Positions 59,764-64,000 of a stretch of DNA of 64,000 bases are shown here, piece by piece. Each line of letters opens with the position of its first letter. The stretch's first letter is position 1. Made by a program: the position numbers and the translations under genes. A model generated the notes under the pieces. That model saw only the letters and a list, made by a program, of their open reading frames with translations, was not told where the DNA came from and ran no database searches. Origin of the DNA: an uncultured Chloroflexia bacterium (GTDB taxonomy: Bacteria > Chloroflexota > Anaerolineae > CG2-30-64-16); NCBI GenBank assembly GCA_963810095.1, contig CAWEMM010000006.1, positions 800,001 through 864,000 on the forward strand. Direction: 5' to 3'.

Positions 59764-62232
59764 CTAGCGCTGCACTAACTTCGCTACTGTAACGCCTTCG
59801 CCGCCCTCGCTGTTCTCGCCCGAGCGAAACTCGGACACGAGCGGATGGCCGCGCAGTTGCTCGCGCACGGCCTGGCGGAGTGCGCCCGTGCCCTTGCCGT
59901 GGATAATTCGCACGAAGGGCAAGCCGGCCAGGTACGCCTGGTCCAGATAGCGGTCAAGTTCGACGAGCATCTCGTCGACCGTCATGCCCCGCAGGTCCAG
60001 TTCCATCCCCGGGCTCGGCGGCCGCGGCTCCTTGCCAGCCGCGCGCACCTGCACGGCCGGCTGCTCCCCGCGCTGCTGCAGCTCGACGCGGTTCTGGCTG
60101 AGCCGCATGCGGAAGCCCCCGATTTTAACCTCGACGTCGGTGCCGCCCAGGCTCACCACCTCTCCGCTCGCCTGGAGCGACGGCACCCACACCTTGTCGC
60201 CCTGCTGCAGCGGCCCGTCGATCAGGATCGGCTTCGGCGCCTCCACCGGCGGCGGAGCCTTCATTTGATCCTCGCGCCGCGACAGCACATCGCGCGCCTC
60301 GGCCAGCCACTGCTCGTGCACGCTCCGACCGGTCTGCCCGCGCTCGCGGCTGATGCCGGCCAACTGCGTCCGCACTCGCTCAACTTCCTCGCGCACGGCG
60401 TTCAACTCGGCCTCGGCGAGCGCCCGCGTTTCGGTTAAGACCTCCCGCCGCGCCTCTTCCGACTTCGCCAGCCGGTAGTTGAGATCCGCGGCGAGCGCCT
60501 CGTTACGGCGCTGCCCGGCCTTGGCCTCCTGCTCCGCGGTCAGCGCGGCCTCGCGTGCCCGCTTGATCTCGGCCAGCATCGCTTCGGCCTCGAGCGACTG
60601 GGGCGAGACGAGCGCCTCCGCCTGCCCGACGATGGTCTGCGGCAGTCCGAGCCGGCGGGCAATGGCGAACGCGTTGGAACGCCCCGGCAGCCCGATGCTG
60701 AGGTGGTACGTCGGGCTCAGCGTCTCGATGTCGAACTCGACCGAGGCGTTGGCCACGTAGGCCGTGGTGTGCGCAAAAACCTTCAACTCGGAGTAATGCG
60801 TGGTCGCCAGCGTCGTGATGCTCCGGGCCAGGAGCGTCTTCAGGATGGCCTGGGCCAGCGCGGCACCTTCTTCCGGGTCCGTGCCCGCACCCAGCTCGTC
60901 CAGCAGCACCAGCGACCGCTCGTCGGCCTGCCCCAGGATGTCGACGATGTGCGTCATGTGCGACGAGAACGTGGAGAGGCTCTGCTCGATGCTTTGCTCG
61001 TCACCGATATCCGCAAAAATCGCCTCAAAAACGGAAAGCTTTGACCCTTCGTCGGCGGGAATGGACATACCTGACTGGGCCATCAGGGTCAGCAGCCCGG
61101 TCGTCTTAAGCGAAACCGTCTTACCGCCCGTGTTCGGCCCGGTGATCAGGATGATGAAGTACTCGTCCTCGATGTAGATGTCGACCGGGACGACCGTCAG
61201 TGGGTCGAGCAGCGGGTGCCGCGCCTTGATCAGCGCCAGCGTGGCGCCGGGATGGGTCACAACGGGGCCGGTAGTCTCGGCCTCTGCAGCCGCAGCTGCC
61301 GCCTTACGGCGAGAGACGCGCGAGGCGGCCTTCTCAGGCTGCTTGAACGGGATCAGTTCAGGCTCGGTCCCGCGCAAGACGCTGCCATAGCGCGCCTTGG
61401 CGAAGATGAGGTCCAGGTCTGCGAGCGCATCCACGGTGCGAACAATCTGCCCGCCCGCTGCGGCGACAAGCCCGGTAATGGCCGCCAGGATGCGGTGGAT
61501 CTCCTCCTGCTCCGCCAGCTGCGCCTCTCGCCACTGGTTGTTGAGTTCGACGATGGCGAGCGGCTCGATGAAGAGCGTGGCGCCCGAACCCGACTGGTCG
61601 TGGACCAGGCCCGGAATGCGGCCCTTGAACTCCGCACGAAGCGGGATCACATAGCGCCCCTGGCGCTGGGTGATGATGGCTTCCTGCAAGTAGGGCGCAT
61701 TTCCGGTGGAGCCAATGATACGCTGGAGGCGGTCCATCAAGCGGGCGTGGGCCTCCCGCAGCTCACGGCGAACCCGCATGAGCGTGTCGCTGGCCGAGTC
61801 CAGCACCTCCCCGCGCTCGTCAATACAGCGCCCGATCTCGTCAATCAGGTCGGCAGGCACCGCGATCCGCTGCGCGTGGTCGGCAATATTCGGGAACGTC
61901 TCACCCAGCCGGCCCAAGGTGCGTGCGAGCGTCCGCCCGCGCACCAGCGTGGACCGGATGGTTAGCAGGTCTACCGGGAGCAGCGTGCTGCCAATGGCCG
62001 CCTGCTCGACAAACGGCCGCAAGTCGTGGACGCCGCCCAGGTGAACGTCGCTCTTCTCGTCCAGCAGGCGGCGGGCTTCGCGCGTTTCTGCCTGCCACAC
62101 GACCGCCTGGCGGATATCGTCGGTTGGGGCGAGCGCCAGCGCCCGCTCACGTCCGAGCGAAAAAGAAGTGTGCTCCGCGAGCCGTTCGAGGATCTTGTCG
62201 AACTCGAGCACCCGCAATGTCCGTGAATCCAT
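59764..62232 (-). CDS. mutS2: Endonuclease MutS2
   Basis: Motifs LEFDKI, HDQSGSGATLFIEP, ITGPNTGGKT, DEQSIEQSLSTFSSHM, DELGAGTDP; Smr domain IIHGKGTG. Confidence 0.96.
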   Translation of the reverse strand: MDSRTLRVLEFDKILERLAEHTSFSLGRERALALAPTDDIRQAVVWQAETREARRLLDEKSDVHLGGVHDLRPFVEQAAIGSTLLPVDLLTIRSTLVRGRTLARTLGRLGETFPNIADHAQRIAVPADLIDEIGRCIDERGEVLDSASDTLMRVRRELREAHARLMDRLQRIIGSTGNAPYLQEAIITQRQGRYVIPLRAEFKGRIPGLVHDQSGSGATLFIEPLAIVELNNQWREAQLAEQEEIHRILAAITGLVAAAGGQIVRTVDALADLDLIFAKARYGSVLRGTEPELIPFKQPEKAASRVSRRKAAAAAAEAETTGPVVTHPGATLALIKARHPLLDPLTVVPVDIYIEDEYFIILITGPNTGGKTVSLKTTGLLTLMAQSGMSIPADEGSKLSVFEAIFADIGDEQSIEQSLSTFSSHMTHIVDILGQADERSLVLLDELGAGTDPEEGAALAQAILKTLLARSITTLATTHYSELKVFAHTTAYVANASVEFDIETLSPTYHLSIGLPGRSNAFAIARRLGLPQTIVGQAEALVSPQSLEAEAMLAEIKRAREAALTAEQEAKAGQRRNEALAADLNYRLAKSEEARREVLTETRALAEAELNAVREEVERVRTQLAGISRERGQTGRSVHEQWLAEARDVLSRREDQMKAPPPVEAPKPILIDGPLQQGDKVWVPSLQASGEVVSLGGTDVEVKIGGFRMRLSQNRVELQQRGEQPAVQVRAAGKEPRPPSPGMELDLRGMTVDEMLVELDRYLDQAYLAGLPFVRIIHGKGTGALRQAVREQLRGHPLVSEFRSGENSEGGEGVTVAKLVQR

Positions 62233-62437
62233 GCCGGCGAGTATAGCACAGGCGGACGAGCGGGCCAATCTTTTATTCGGTTTGGGTTCATGGTAAACTG
62301 CGAGCCAATAGACCGAAGGTCACCACAAAGTCGGAAAGACGCACGGTGGCGCGAGTCGCCGTGGGCAGCCCTGCAGTGCAGCACGGGCTCCAGTGGGGTG
62401 ATGACCGATACCACATTCGGGCTGGCGAGGAAAGCGG

Positions 62438-64000
62438 ATGAAAGCGGTTGTAATGGCCGGCGGCGAAGGTTCCCGGCTGCGTCCCCTCACGCTAGTGCGC
62501 CCCAAGCCTATGCTGCCGGTGGTCAACCGCCCCGTTCTGGGTCACATCCTCTACTTGCTCAAGCAGCACAACATTACGGACGTCGTGATGACGGTCCAAT
62601 ATCTCGCGGCCCAAATCCAGGACTATTACGGCGACGGCCGCAATTTCGGCATGAATATCGAATATGCGGTCGAAGAATCGCCGCTGGGCACCGCCGGCAG
62701 CGTGCGAAATGCGACCGATCGCCTTTGCCCCGGCGAGCCGCTGCTGGTCATCAGCGGCGATGCGCTGACCGATTTCGACCTTACGACCCTGCTGGCCGAG
62801 CATAAACGCCGGGGCGCGCTCCTCACGATGGCACTCACCCGGGTGCCCAATCCCCTTGAATACGGCGTCATCAACATCCAGGAAGACGGCCGGGTCCTCC
62901 AGTTCCTGGAAAAGCCGAGTTGGGGCTCGGTGACTTCCGACACGGTCAATACCGGGATCTACGCGCTGGAGCCTGAGGTGCTGCAGCGCATCCCGCCTAA
63001 CACCCGGCTTGACTGGAGCCAGGACGTGTTCCCGGGCATGCTCAGCAGCGGCGCACCACTATTTGGACATGTGGCCGAAGGGTACTGGTGCGATATTGGC
63101 GCCATACCCGAATACCAGCGGGCGAATACCGACCTGCTCAACGGCCGCCTGAACCTCGGCGATTTGGGGCAGCGCATCGGCGCCGATATCTGGAGCGGCG
63201 GCAATGTCAGCGTGGAGTCGGACGCGCAATTATTCGGACCCGTCTATTTGGGCGAAGAGGTCAAGATCAAGCGCGGTGTCATCGTGCAGGGCCCCTCGGT
63301 GATCCGCGACTACACGATTCTCGATGACCGGGCCCGCGTGCATCACAGTATCATCTGGCGCAACTGCTACATCGGCGAAGGCGTCACGCTGCACGGAGCC
63401 GTCATCGGCCGTCAGTGCAGCCTGAAGGCGCGCGCGATGGTGTTCGAGGGCGCGGTGGTTGGCGACGGGACCGTCGTGGGCGCGGACGCCATCATTCAGG
63501 CCGGCGTGAAGGTGTGGCCCAACAAAGAGGTCGAGAACGGCGCCACGGTCAACCACAGCGTGATCTGGGGGCTGCAGGGGCGCCGGGTGCTGTTCGGACG
63601 CTACGGTGTGACCGGCGTGGTGAACGTCGACCTGACGCCCGATTTCGTGGCGCGGCTGGGCGCGGCGTTCGGTTCCATGCTGCCGCGCGGCAGCACCGTG
63701 ACCATCAACCGGGACCCCCATCGCAGCCCCCGCATGATCAAGCGCGCCCTCATCTCCGGCCTGCCTTCGGCGGGCAACAACGTGCTCGACCTGAAGAGCC
63801 TCCCGATTCCCGTTGCGCGCTATTACACCCGCGCGGTCAAGGCGGCAGGCGGCGTCCACGTGCGGCTGTCCCCATACGATCCGCGGGTCGTAGATATTCG
63901 CTTCATGGGCCCCGACGGATTGAACCTGACGCGCGAGCGCGAACGTGCGATCGAGCGCCTTTTCTTCCGCGAAGACTACCGGCGCGTCTACCTCGACGAC
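62438..64000 (+). CDS. Mannose-1-phosphate guanylyltransferase / phosphomannomutase fusion (runs off the window edge)
   Basis: Manual translation [48 protein letters not shown], a hexapeptide-repeat region, then a PMM-like domain starting LFGRYGVTG. Confidence 0.9.
   Translation, partial: MKAVVMAGGEGSRLRPLTLVRPKPMLPVVNRPVLGHILYLLKQHNITDVVMTVQYLAAQIQDYYGDGRNFGMNIEYAVEESPLGTAGSVRNATDRLCPGEPLLVISGDALTDFDLTTLLAEHKRRGALLTMALTRVPNPLEYGVINIQEDGRVLQFLEKPSWGSVTSDTVNTGIYALEPEVLQRIPPNTRLDWSQDVFPGMLSSGAPLFGHVAEGYWCDIGAIPEYQRANTDLLNGRLNLGDLGQRIGADIWSGGNVSVESDAQLFGPVYLGEEVKIKRGVIVQGPSVIRDYTILDDRARVHHSIIWRNCYIGEGVTLHGAVIGRQCSLKARAMVFEGAVVGDGTVVGADAIIQAGVKVWPNKEVENGATVNHSVIWGLQGRRVLFGRYGVTGVVNVDLTPDFVARLGAAFGSMLPRGSTVTINRDPHRSPRMIKRALISGLPSAGNNVLDLKSLPIPVARYYTRAVKAAGGVHVRLSPYDPRVVDIRFMGPDGLNLTRERERAIERLFFREDYRRVYLDD

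Overview
A GC-rich bacterial chromosomal segment, most consistent with a Chloroflexota (Anaerolineae/Caldilineae-like) genome; this is inferred from protein style, Gram-positive-type T-box and SOS boxes, sortase and DUF6391. About 16 genes, including purA and purB, carry small frameshifts, which points to uncorrected long-read indel errors rather than real decay. In order, the window holds: pheT/pheS with a Phe T-box; DUF1295; a KimA-like transporter; an MFS transporter; purH; a LacI-controlled alpha-glucoside ABC plus amylosucrase locus; Zur-znuACB; DDAH and SGNH hydrolases; a GntR-led catabolic operon (two amidohydrolases, UbiD, a Mo-hydroxylase, a nucleoside-type ABC transporter); radA; a glyoxalase; a P450; purA and purB; a cytochrome c; secreted proteins and a secreted GH13; a minus-strand cluster joining sortase, LPxTG protein, DUF2723, DUF4012 and a lipoprotein to a RiPP-like module (HPrK/ScmC-like ATPase, PqqD/RRE, and a 42-aa precursor-like peptide missing from the ORF track); an SOS-box-controlled FtsK-domain cassette; holA; DUF6391; mutS2; and a partial GDP-mannose pyrophosphorylase/phosphomannomutase. 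The best candidates for undescribed systems are the RRE-peptide/sortase cluster (48241-55340), the SOS FtsK cassette (55500-57889) and the heterocycle catabolic operon (23153-35772). No rRNA, tRNA, CRISPR array or transposase was seen.
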